Of a stretch of DNA of 64,000 nucleotides, positions 23,202 through 34,142 are shown piece after piece. The DNA comes from Raja brachyura (taxonomy: Eukaryota): contig OY740804.1 in assembly GCA_963514005.1 (NCBI GenBank), forward strand, positions 19,468,001 to 19,532,000, written 5' to 3'. The notes under the pieces were generated by a model that was not told the DNA's origin, ran no database searches, and saw only the letters and a program-made list of their open reading frames with translations. Both the position numbers and the translations under genes were made by a program. The stretch's first letter is position 1. Every line of letters begins with the position of its first letter.

Positions 23202-23940
23202 AGGGGCGCCGTGGGAGATGGCAGCCCTGCCGGCAGTCCGTTCGTTTATTCATCTTTTGTTATTTTTAGCGTTTGTTAAAAGTTTGTTTTAATGTTGCTC
23301 GGTTTGTTTTATGTGTAGGGGGGAGGAACCGGGCAAACTATTTTTTCAAGTTCCCACCTTCCCGGAGATGTGATTAATTTACTGATCACATTCTCCGGGC
23401 TCTGCGGCCTTCCATCGATGGAGCTGGAAGTTGCCTCGGACTGTCGTGAGCCCCACCGCGGGGCATGGACTTAACATCGGAGCGGATCCCTTGCCTGGGA
23501 TCGCTCCCACCGTGGCCTGTGGACTTACCATCAAGGGCTCGCAGTCTCGGGTGAGGCTAGTCGGGAGCTCCAACCCCGCAGAAGGTCCACCAGCCCCGAC
23601 GCGAGTTTCGATCGCCCGGTGTGGGGGAGCTGACATTCCCCCCGATGCGGGAGCTTGATCGCCTCGACGTGGAGGGCCCGAACGCCACCGGCTACGGGAG
23701 TCAAGATCATTCCATCAACAGAAGGCTCGAGGCCCATGACCAAGGAAGATCAACAAGGAAGGAATTTAACTTTATTTCGCCTTCCATCACTGTGCGGAAT
23801 GTGTAGGAGTCACTGTGGTGGACGTTCATGTTAAAATGTGTTTTTGAGTCGGTTGCTTTTAATTGTATGACTGACCTGGCCAGTGAAGTTCCTCGTATGT
23901 TGCAAAACATACTTGGCGAATAAAATCTGATTCTGAATTG
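23202..23940 (+). mobile_element. Unclassified GC-rich non-autonomous retroelement (SINE-like)
   Basis: Starts GGGGCGCCGT...ATGGCAGCC, T-rich stretch, CpG-rich body, ends AATAAAATCTGATTCTGA (L2/Rex-type tail). Confidence 0.55.
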
Positions 23941-24925
23941 AGATGACTGATTTTATTCATCAACTTTCTAGCCTATAATTAAAATTTCAGAACTGACACT
24001 TGCATTAATGAGCATAAGTGCAGATTATATTCCAAAATATTTATCAAATAGAAAGCTACTTGTAAAGTAATGGTGTTGTAATGCACCATTCTGATGGGAC
24101 TGTAAACTGTCTAGTAGTTTGTAGAGAGATGTGCAGAGTGCTGAGGAATTCACTGCTGCTTTTACACACCCCAGAGAGGAACTCCTTCAGTTCCCTAGGA
24201 GTTCCAGTTTCATGCCTTCAGCAAGTAAATATGGAACTAGAGGTCTCTAAACAAAACTTCGTATGTTAGAAATCTAAAATAAAACCAGAAAAAGCTGAAA
24301 ATAGTTGTAATGTCAGGCGCATCTGTGGGAAAAGAAGCAGAGTTAATGTGTTAGGTCAAAGACTGCAACTGAAGACGAGTCTTCAACCTAAAATATTAAC
24401 TGCTTATCTTCCCACAGATGCGGCCTGACCTTCTAACTATTTTCAGCATTTTTGGTTTTTACTGAACATTTAAGGCCCTCTTTAATCCTGCTTGATGTGT
24501 GTTTATAATGTCTCTCAAGCTCTGCTGACCCAGCAAGGGAGCAAATAAAATGATATTTACGAGTATTGTTCACAAAGAGAGAAAATGAAGCCATATTTGT
24601 GAATATAACATACTTGTTTTTTATCCTGAAAAGCCGAGGAAAGAGTTGATGAGCTGCCAGTTTGAGAGCATCGAAAGCATTTTTTGAAAAGTCAGCAGAA
24701 GAGTGGACAAAAATGCTGGAGAAACTCAGCGGTTGAGGCAGCATCTATGGAGTGAAGGAAATAGGCGACGTTTCGGGTCAAAACCCTTCAGACTATTGAC
24801 GTGGTGCTGTTTTGATGGAAAGTGCAGCATAGAGACTGGTGAAAGAGCTGAGAAATGGATAAGAACAGGTGAAGGTACAGTATTTTTTTCTGGGTAATTC
24901 TTCCCAGGTGTTTTAGCGTTAGCAG

Positions 24926-25105
24926 ATGGGATAGTGGAATGCTCTCCTGGAGGATGCTGGAAGTCAAGAAGCTTTACAGTGTCCCTGATTACTAAACCTG
25001 CAGTGAGTGCGTTCAGCTACAACTCCTTACGGACTACATTAAGGAACTGGAGCTTGATGTCCTCAGAATTATCCCGGGATGTGAGAGTGTCATAGATAAG
25101 AGTGC
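24926..25105 (+). mobile_element. CR1 ORF1 zinc-finger fragment
   Basis: Encodes VEC...VPDY*TCSECVQLQLLTDYIKELELDVLRII, homologous to 649-864. Confidence 0.65.
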
Positions 25106-26712
25106 AGGCCTAGAATGTTTTCTGTCCTAAGGACAAACCCTCTATCCCAGGAGTCAGTGTGGTACAAGGAGAGGCTATGACTCCTGGACCACAAGCTTTT
25201 TTTGAGGAGCTGGCAGCTTAACCAACTGCACATGGCCAATCTGTGCATGTAACAGATTCTGTTTGCCCTACAGTATGTAGGCTGTTGAAACATAGCTGGT
25301 ATGGCCTGTTTGAGGATCTCAAGCATCTATGGAGCATGGCATATCAAGGTGCTGAGGAGATGGGCGATGACCAAGACGTCAACTCTCAACTGACCTGTTT
25401 GACACTTGTCTTGCTGCAATCCCATTTTTCACCCTTTCATGAACAGTCCCACTTCTTCTCTCACCCTGGCCATCGGAGTAGCCTTCTCAACCAGTCAACA
25501 ATCCCAGAACTGGCGACACTCACACTCGATTGACTCTGTCAGACTGGCCATGTTATTTACAGACCCAACACCAGACTCCTGAAAAGTACACTGTTCCAAG
25601 CTCTAACACAGGCTTGGATTACAAGATGAACAGATGCGTGTGCTCAAAGGTTCTTTGAAGAAATGCAGCTTCCCACTGACTCCAGCGAATCCTTGGCCCA
25701 TGACCATTCAAAATTCAGGATGGCATTGAGAACTTCCAACTCGTGCATTGGAAACATGTGGCGGTCCAGTGTAAACAGTGGAAGAAATGCACTTTTACAC
25801 CCACCCACCCACCCCATCAGACACCACTTATGCAATTTGCGGGTCCCACACTGACCTCATCAGTCAACCCAAAACCCAGAGAACCAGAGTGGAACCACCA
25901 TCCTTAATCCTGCACGATTGTTTCAGGATTAGTCACTTTGTTGTTCTTCATAGATTACTGTCTGTGCACTTTTTCCTGAGCTTGAAACATACTGACTGGT
26001 ACATTGCACTAATTTTGATCTTCGATCCACATACTCAGCATCCACTCCACATGCTCCATTATAGAACTCCAAGCAAAAGAGGTTTTTGTTGCACTTACTG
26101 CTGGCCTTAATTGAGCACTTTTCTTTATCTTCTTAGCATTGTCTCGAATGCCACAAACTGTGATCTCCCTTAACACATTTGTTACATGCTCTCCTCCCTG
26201 ATGATCAAATCTAATTTCACGTCAATTGTGATTGCTTTTAGTGCTTTTTTAACTTATGGCTTCCCAGATGAGGCAGATGGATGTTTTCCAGACATGATTG
26301 ATGGAGAAAAAAAGTTTCACACTAAAAACATGAGCAAAATATACACACACGGATGGTTGTACTGTACAGCACCTTGCCAGGCCACCATAGAAGTACACCA
26401 CCAGGCGTAAATTTGAGTAATTATTTCCATAATATGGGGGCATAAACTAAGCTTTGGTATTAATTAAACTAGCATGTTTGTCCAAAAATGCATAATTCAA
26501 ACATGCGGAAAACACAAGGTGCCTGTACTTACAATGTCCTTCAGTTCCTCGCTTTCGCTGGATCTTCTCAGGTATTTTTGGAATTTTTGTGTCTTTTTCC
26601 ATGAAGACAAATATAAAGCATTTATTTAATTCCTCTGCTGATTTCCTATTCTTTAATTCAAATTCTCTTGTCTCAGTTTGTGAAGGGTCATCATGCCAAA
26701 TCCTATTTTTTT

Positions 26713-28168
26713 TGGCAGTCTAGTCTCAAGAAAATGACTCAAACACTTGTCTCAGCTTAATATTTCTTTATTGCACGCTGCCAAAAATTGCTACACCTGC
26801 CAACACGAAGCCAACAGCTCAGGGGCAAGCCGAGAGAACTCGTAACTCCAATACAAAATCAAGGCATTATATAAGTATTAGACAATTATGGTACAGAAGG
26901 TGTGGCAAACTATTAACCAATCCTTATTATTTACCATACATTATCTTATTTGCATTAACCAATCAACTAAGTCCTTCCAGTGATTTACAACGGGTGTAGT
27001 CATGTGACTTTCCCTGGCATCTTTACAACCCTTGCTTGCAATGTGGTTTTTTACCCTCTTTGTTCAAAATCATTTTATTTCAACAAAGTAAAACCACAGA
27101 AAAATAGAATCAATTCTCAGAGACCACCTCTCAAAATATAATAGACACATAATACAGCAATCACACAATACATACACACAAAACACATGTTCTCACTTTT
27201 GGAAAATAAAGTTATTACTGAAACTACAGATCTAAACAAAGTCTAATATTTACAATCCTATTTAAACACAATACATTTCACAAATGGTTTCACTACAATT
27301 TACAAGGTTTAAATACAATTACCTAGGTATTACAAACATTGTATATAAGTTTGTCTTTTCCTTACAAAGTCAGCAAAGACTTGTAAGTTGTTTCTAATCC
27401 CACAATTCCCAACTCGAAGCACACAGGAGCCATATAATTGATTAATGATGCCAAGCTCACATCTAGCTTCATGTTTACATTCCCTTTCCTCTCCTGCTAT
27501 CTCATCCGAGGGCCTCTTTATTGCTCTCTGCGTTCCTCACATAACCCTTACAATAGCAAATGGAGAGTTACAGCTGCAGATCACAATCTCCAATTATCTC
27601 AAAACAAAATCGCCTCCTCAACTTTCTATAAACATAAGAAGTCAAACTTATACAAAGGTCACTTAACCATCACCCATGTCTTATCTCAACATAAGTACAT
27701 TTAAAACTTTGCACAATACTGAATCGCAGAATCTATGACCTAGCCTTGCTGTCTCTGACTTAGTATAAACAGCCATAAACCATAAACTTTATGACACACT
27801 AGAGCTCAGGAATATGTCACAGAGAAAGAGCAAATAGGCTGTGACCAAATGGTCTTACTGATAAACTAATTTCGATCACAAGATCATACAAAATACAACC
27901 TCTTTCCATTTCAAGATTATACAAGATACTTTCCTTACAACTTTGGAACCGTTTCAGAGCATAATCAAAACCTCTATAACAACAGTGAATTCTGTGCTCA
28001 GGCTATGTATGTTTAGATTAACCACCTGTGAATGTAAAAGTCTTTGTACTTTATTTTGGAAGAGCCATGTGTTTTTAAAGCTCTCTCTCTTACAACATGA
28101 AAACCAGAAAATTATCTTCTCATCTGAGCAGTTCTGTTATATAATATTTCCTCAATCGTTTGCCTACG
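26713..28168 (-). mobile_element. Probable solo LTR (~1.46 kb) of an endogenous retrovirus or LTR element, inserted in old CR1 sequence
   Basis: On the minus strand: two ATTGG/CCAAT boxes (~26916, ~26957), TATATAA (26867-26874), AATAAA (26767-26772) and terminal ...GACTGCCA at 26713. Other end CGTAGGCAAA (TG mutated?), flanked by TTTT both sides. CR1-like sequence resumes at each boundary. 5' boundary uncertain. Confidence 0.55.
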
Positions 28169-29549
28169 TTTTCTATTTTATACATGCAGTCTGTTAATTT
28201 GGCTCTTACCAGTCTACACTCATATTCTATTTTGTCTTTCTCATCAATGTTGAATTATAAAGCTCCCAACCCACAGGCCTATGGCTATTTCTGCAACTTT
28301 ATAAGTTTCTACACTTTACCCACACATACCTATACCACCCATTAAAGCTTTGAGTAATCTGCAAAGTTGGAGATATTACATTTGGTTCTCTCACCTAAAT
28401 AAATGGATTAGTTCCCGGCACTGATCATTCCCCTACCCCATTGGTCACGGTCTGCCATCTGGGCCAAAATCTGTTCATTCCAACAGTTTTTTCTTTCTTG
28501 CAGTTCTCAACCCATCCAAACTATCTGCTTTAATTTTGCTCACTTAAATTTTTTTCCAGGTCTTCATTAAAAGCTTTTGGACAATTCAATGCACCCATCC
28601 ACTGGTCACCCCTGAACTTTTCTACCAGTTGTCTCCTTAAAAAACTCCAGTTGATTTGTTAAGCATGATTTCTCCATTTTGAACACATGATGACTTTGTC
28701 TAACCCAGTTCGATTCCAGCATTTTCCCCTTTACTGATGGTACGCTCACTAATATGATTCCTTGTTAATTTTCTCTGCTCATACTTTGCTTTATTTCTTT
28801 ACTCAAACTGATTTCTGTCAGATATGTGGTGGAATGGGAATATCTCTTCAAACTATTGCAAACATTTCAAATGGGAGAGAATTTTATCTTATGGGCTAAA
28901 TTATTATATGACAAGTCGACTGCTAGAATACTGACTAATAGTATACTCTCACTGAAATTTCAACTATCCTGAGGCAATAGATAGGGATGTGCACTATCAC
29001 CCCTGCTATTTGCTCTTGTGATAGAACCCTTAGCAGAAAGTATAAGAATGCATCCAAACATCCATGGTTACAATACAAAACATTCAAATATTAAAATATC
29101 ACTATATGCAGATGATGTATTATTATATATTACAAAATCGCAAATCAGCATACCAAATATATTAAATTTAATAGAGGAATTTGGATCCTTTTCAGGATAT
29201 AGAATTGGAATAAAGGTGAAATTATGACAATAAAACCTCAAGAACCGACACGTCTTTTAAAATTCTCCTTTAGAACTGCTACAGAAACATTTTAATATCT
29301 GGGTATTCAAATTAATATAAAATATAAATCTTTATTCAATGCAAACTATATGCCCGTACTTACTAAATTAAATGCTTTGATTAAATTTTGGAAAACACTA
29401 CCGATGTCTTTAATAGGCAGAATAAATGTTATAAAAATTATTTTTCTGCCAGAAATCTCATATTTATTTCAATCAATACCAATATATTTACCTAAAAATG
29501 TTTTTAAAAAACTTGATTCGGATATCACAAATTGCATATGGGACTATAA

Positions 29550-31413
29550 AGGCCCTGTCTCACGGTGCGAGTTGACCCACGAGTGACCCAGAGCGACAGA
29601 CTCGTGTTTGTGTACGATATTCCAAGTTGATGTTCAAGTGTTTGAGGCGAGTTCCCGCGGGTCTGGTAAGTTTGCCGTTTACTTGCACTTTCTGCGATGT
29701 TCCGAGTTCATCTCCAGAGTTTCCAAGTTCCCCTCACGTTTGCTCTTGAGTTACCAAGTTCCTCTCCCGCTCAGGGCGTGTGTTGTTGCCGCAGTCCAGG
29801 ATTCGCATTTAAAGCACTCGGTTATCTTCAGCAGTTCAGGCGAGGACAGGTGGGGGGGGGGGGGGGGGGGGGGCGAGGGATGGCGGAATTGGGAGAAGGC
29901 AAGGACTATGGGTGGGGAGGAGTGAGAGGGGGGCTGGGAACAGCGTTGGCAGTTGAGGAGAAGGAATGAGAGGAAGGGGTAGAGGAGTGGGCCTGGACTC
30001 GGCTGGAGGTCAGAAGAGGTGAAGAGCGAACTGGTCGAGATGAAAGAGCAGGTTGAGGGAATGATCATTTTGTTCATACAATTGAGGAAGTTATGACTTA
30101 ATCTGAAGCACAAACCGAGTGCTTTGGAACATTGTTTCAATTCCGTCGGCACCATCCACGGAAGAAGAGTTTGAAGCTGTTTAAGGTGCAGATTGATTAA
30201 GCATGGGTCAATATCGACCTTCGCTTCACGAGCAACTTTTCCCTTTGGAGGCCAAGGAGATTTCAGATGCTGGAGTCTGGGACAAAAGCAAACTGCAGGA
30301 AGAAGCCAACAGCCAGGCAGCATCTGTGAAACGGGTAGTCAACCTTTAGGGTCCCGGCCCGAAACATCCGTATACATTTTATGATTTCCCTCCAAAGATG
30401 CAGTCTCCCATGGTTTGTTTACACAACTCTCTCCCCTTTCTCTCCCAACATGGGGGGTGGGGGGGGGGGGGGACACGACGAGATAGTTTAAACGGACCTT
30501 ACCCCACTTCATGCTTCTGTTGCGCATAATTCAGCAGTAAATCCTCTCTTCCCCTTACCCAGCAACGCCCAATTCCTCACCCCCCACGAGTTCACATCGA
30601 CGAGGGAAGAATGAGCGGGGAGTCTGAAGAAGGGTCCCAACCCGAAACATCACCCATTCCTTCTCTCCAGAGGCGATGCCTGTCCCGCTGAGTTACTCCA
30701 GCATGTTTGTGTCTATCGTCGGTGTAAACCAGTGTCTGCAGTTCCTTCCTACACACGGACAGTGAAGTTCCTCAGCCAAATTGCACGTGTCCTCGGTCAA
30801 ACCATACACACCAATAAGTACTGGGATTGTTTTAGTTTGGGCTCAGTGTGGTGTCCGTAGCCGGGGCACACTGCCGGAAAAAATATTGATAAAAATGTGT
30901 GGAACTTTCACAAATAAGGGGTTAGATCGGTCTGGAGTGTGGTGTTAACCACGGGACTGTGCCCTGCTGAGATAGACACAAAATGCTGGAGTAACTCGGC
31001 GGGACAGGCCGCATCTCTGGAGAGAAGGAATGGGTGGCGTTTCGGGTAAGTCTGAAGAAGGGTCTCGACTCCATTCCTTCTCTCCAGAGATGCTGCCTGG
31101 TCCGCTGAGTTACTCCAGCATTTTGTGTCTATTAAAGAGTTCCCATGGTAGACGCACAAATCACTAAAGTTAACGCACGGGCCACTACGATATTACAATG
31201 AGTTTAAATGTTTCAATTTTAAACTTGGACAGTAAATTTGACTCGTGGAAAATATCAAACATGACAAGTTTCACGGGTACCTGACGTTAGCGCCACGAGT
31301 CGCTAAGTTGCTCACGCGAGTTCCGACATCCCCGCTACGTTGGTTGTACGGGATTACCGCGAGTGAAAACTCGGGGTACCTCATCGGACAACTCGCACCA
31401 TGAGACAGGGGTT
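29550..31413. mobile_element. Non-autonomous PIF/Harbinger DNA transposon with nested Penelope-type repeats
   Basis: TIRs AGGCCCTGTCTCACGGTGCGAGTT and revcomp AACCCCTGTCTCATGGTGCGAGTT; TAA TSD at 29547-29549 and 31414-31416; excision restores L1 codons TAT AAG TCC. Confidence 0.88.
30971..31132. repeat. Penelope-type terminal-repeat palindrome
   Basis: ATAGACACAAAATGCTGGAGTAACTC...GAGTTACTCCAGCATTTTGTGTCTAT inverted arms (~60 bp). Confidence 0.8.
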
Positions 31414-31529
31414 TAAGTCCCATAGAATTCAAAGCAGACACCTGTGTAAACCCAAGGAATTTGGCGGATTGACACTACCCAACTTTCTGTACTATCACTC
31501 GGCTACGAATATTAAAAATATAATTTACT

Positions 31530-32619
31530 AGGAACTACAAAAAAATTTATGGGCTTCATTCAAAGGACTACTTTAGATATCTACAAATTAGAGACTATGC
31601 TAAGTCAAATATACAGGACTATAGAAATAGAAAGACAGATATTTTTGATGAATGTTTGAATAAACACCCGAACACAGAAAAATTGATATCTTACATTTAT
31701 AATATTCTATTAGATAATGATGCACCCATGACGGAAATATATAGGCAATCATAGGAAAACGAACAAGGTCAAACAATAAGGCCAGAAATATGGGATGAAA
31801 GCTTACAACATATACATCACTGGTTGTTAAATGCTAGACATTCATTAATACCATTTAAAGTATTACATAGATTGCACTATTCAAAAACCAAATTAAATAG
31901 AATCTTCCCATGCGTATCCCCTATTTGTGATAAATGTCAACACTTAGAGGCTAATTTAACGCACACATTTTAAGCTGTATAAAAATTAATAATTTTTGGA
32001 CGGAAATTTTTAAGATAATTTCGGAAGTCATCAATACCAAATTTGTCCCCGATTCAAAATTAATAATATTAGGAATACTAGAACAAAATCAATTATTTAC
32101 AATGAACCGAAGAACTTTTATCGATTATAGTTTAATAATTGGGAAAAAAATTAATATTAAAATTTTAGAAAGGCTCTATAACCCCCACAATTAAAATGTG
32201 GGCTATGGAAATGTCGGAGACCCTACATTTGGAAAGATTAAGAATTGTCTTAATGGACAAACAAGAACTATTTACTAGAATATGGTCCCCGTTCATTGAA
32301 TATTTGAAGGGGCAAACTGGTTCGGCACGAGAACCTGACTGAAACCCGAATCAAGGAATAGATGAAGGATTACATTTTATAAGCCGCGGACATATCTCCA
32401 ATGGCGCATAATCTGCTGAATACTCCATTCTTCTTTAACCTTTTTTTTGTGTGGTTTTTTTCCCCCCTCTCTATGTAAAAATTTAAAAAAATATATAGAA
32501 GTACAATTACTATACAATTGATAATATAAATAAAATTGATAATGTATGACTACAATGAACACAATGGTTTTTATTATGTCTTTACTTCTAATAAAACATT
32601 TAAAAAAAAATATATACAT
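31530..32619 (+). mobile_element. 5'-truncated L1 of a second subfamily inserted into the host L1
   Basis: ORF2 C-terminal remnants (DYFRYLQIRDY, FKVLHRLHYS, ICDKC), AATAAA and poly(A) at ~32590-32610. TSD ATATAATTTACT at 31518-31529 and 32620-32631, at a TT/AAAA site. Confidence 0.85.
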
Positions 32620-32931
32620 ATATAATTTACTTGGTGGACAATTCTGCCCAACAGGTAGATTGGATAGCAATGGAGAGAGAGGACTGCTCTCCTTTTAATA
32701 TAGGAGCGATCCTTCTCTCCCCGATAAAACTGAATGATACAATATACAAGAAAAATACAATTTTACTTCGGAGTCACGTGAGTGACTACGTGAAGACCCC
32801 GCCAGCACGCATGCGCGACTTATCGTCGTACGCATGCGGAAGCGACGGTCGGGAGGAGCGGGGCTCCTCCAGCGCAAGTTAAATAGCTTGCGCCAGGTAA
32901 GTCTCACCGGAGGAGTGAGTCGACGACAGCG

Positions 32932-34140
32932 ATGGAAGCAAGAAAATCAAAAACAGCTGCGGCAAAAACAGCTGCAAAGGATAGCAGCCAGCAGAGAGCC
33001 GCCTCTCCAGAGCTACAGGTTCTGCCTGCAGCTCCCGACTTTTCGCCCTTTGGGACCGTTGGTACGCCACGGTCGGGCGGGAAAACCACCCGGAAGTCGG
33101 CCGGGGCCGACTCAGCGGAGTCCGGTCCCGAGGACACCCCGTTCGCGGACAGCGACGGAGGTCGTCTTGCCCGCATGGAGCGGATGATGGAGCAGCTGCT
33201 CCAATGTGACCTGCTAATGCAGGGGCAGGATCACAGTAGGCCTACTAGCAGGCCCACGGCAGGTTCCTACCGGGGACTGCCTAATGTCTCCCCCTCTATA
33301 CAGGGGAGCATTGAGGGTCAGAACTGGGCTGACCCAGAAGAAGGGGAGCTGGCTGAATCACCGACTGTGTCAGGGGTGTGTGAAGGCTATATGGATGTGG
33401 TGAACAAGCATGCCATGCCCGAACAGAAGGGCTTACCCATCCACCCCAAACTGGCTGCCAGTATTAACTATATGGCAACAAACCAGCTGCAGGAACAGGC
33501 CATAAATGCTACGGCAGATAAATACATGGCACCAGCAAACTGCAGTTCATTGAATGTCCCTGCAGTAAACAACCCTATATGGGGGAATATGAGCCCATCG
33601 AGCAGAGGACAGGAGATAAAACTTCAGAGGATCCTGAAGCTCCTAACCGCGGGAATTACGGCAGTGGCAAGAACTGCAGTGGGTGTGGATATGCCGGAGG
33701 AATTACAAGATGCATTGGCTCTGCTGTGTAGCACTCAGTACGAGATTAACAACTTTAGAAAAAGCATCATAAAGCCGGCGCTTAACCCCAAGTTTGCGGG
33801 GTTGTGTAAGCCTGGGAAGACTCAGCCTCCTAGCCTGCTGTTCGGGGAAGATCTCCCTAAGCAGGTTAAAGACCTGGATGAGGAGGCAAAGGCTTTGGGC
33901 CTTATAAAGATACCTGGCTTCCCTAAACCCCACTACCCGCAAAGACAGCACCCCTACACATCCACCAGGCAGAGTTACCATTCCAGGTCTGCAGGTGGTG
34001 AAAGCTCGAAGGCCGGCAATCCTGCACAAAGGTCTTTTTTAGGCCATGGCCCAGGCCGGCCTTCTTGGAAGATGCGCCACTCCCAGAACACCCCTAACCA
34101 GCCAAGGAAGCAAGGGCAGAGACCTCAACACCGGCAGTAA
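32932..34140 (+). CDS. gag: DIRS1 ORF1 (gag-like), 402 aa
   Basis: Open ATG-TAA frame directly after the left ITR; LNVPAVNNPIW and LLFGEDL motifs shared with copies A and C. Confidence 0.88.
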   Translation: MEARKSKTAAAKTAAKDSSQQRAASPELQVLPAAPDFSPFGTVGTPRSGGKTTRKSAGADSAESGPEDTPFADSDGGRLARMERMMEQLLQCDLLMQGQDHSRPTSRPTAGSYRGLPNVSPSIQGSIEGQNWADPEEGELAESPTVSGVCEGYMDVVNKHAMPEQKGLPIHPKLAASINYMATNQLQEQAINATADKYMAPANCSSLNVPAVNNPIWGNMSPSSRGQEIKLQRILKLLTAGITAVARTAVGVDMPEELQDALALLCSTQYEINNFRKSIIKPALNPKFAGLCKPGKTQPPSLLFGEDLPKQVKDLDEEAKALGLIKIPGFPKPHYPQRQHPYTSTRQSYHSRSAGGESSKAGNPAQRSFLGHGPGRPSWKMRHSQNTPNQPRKQGQRPQHRQ

Positions 34141-34142
34141 CC

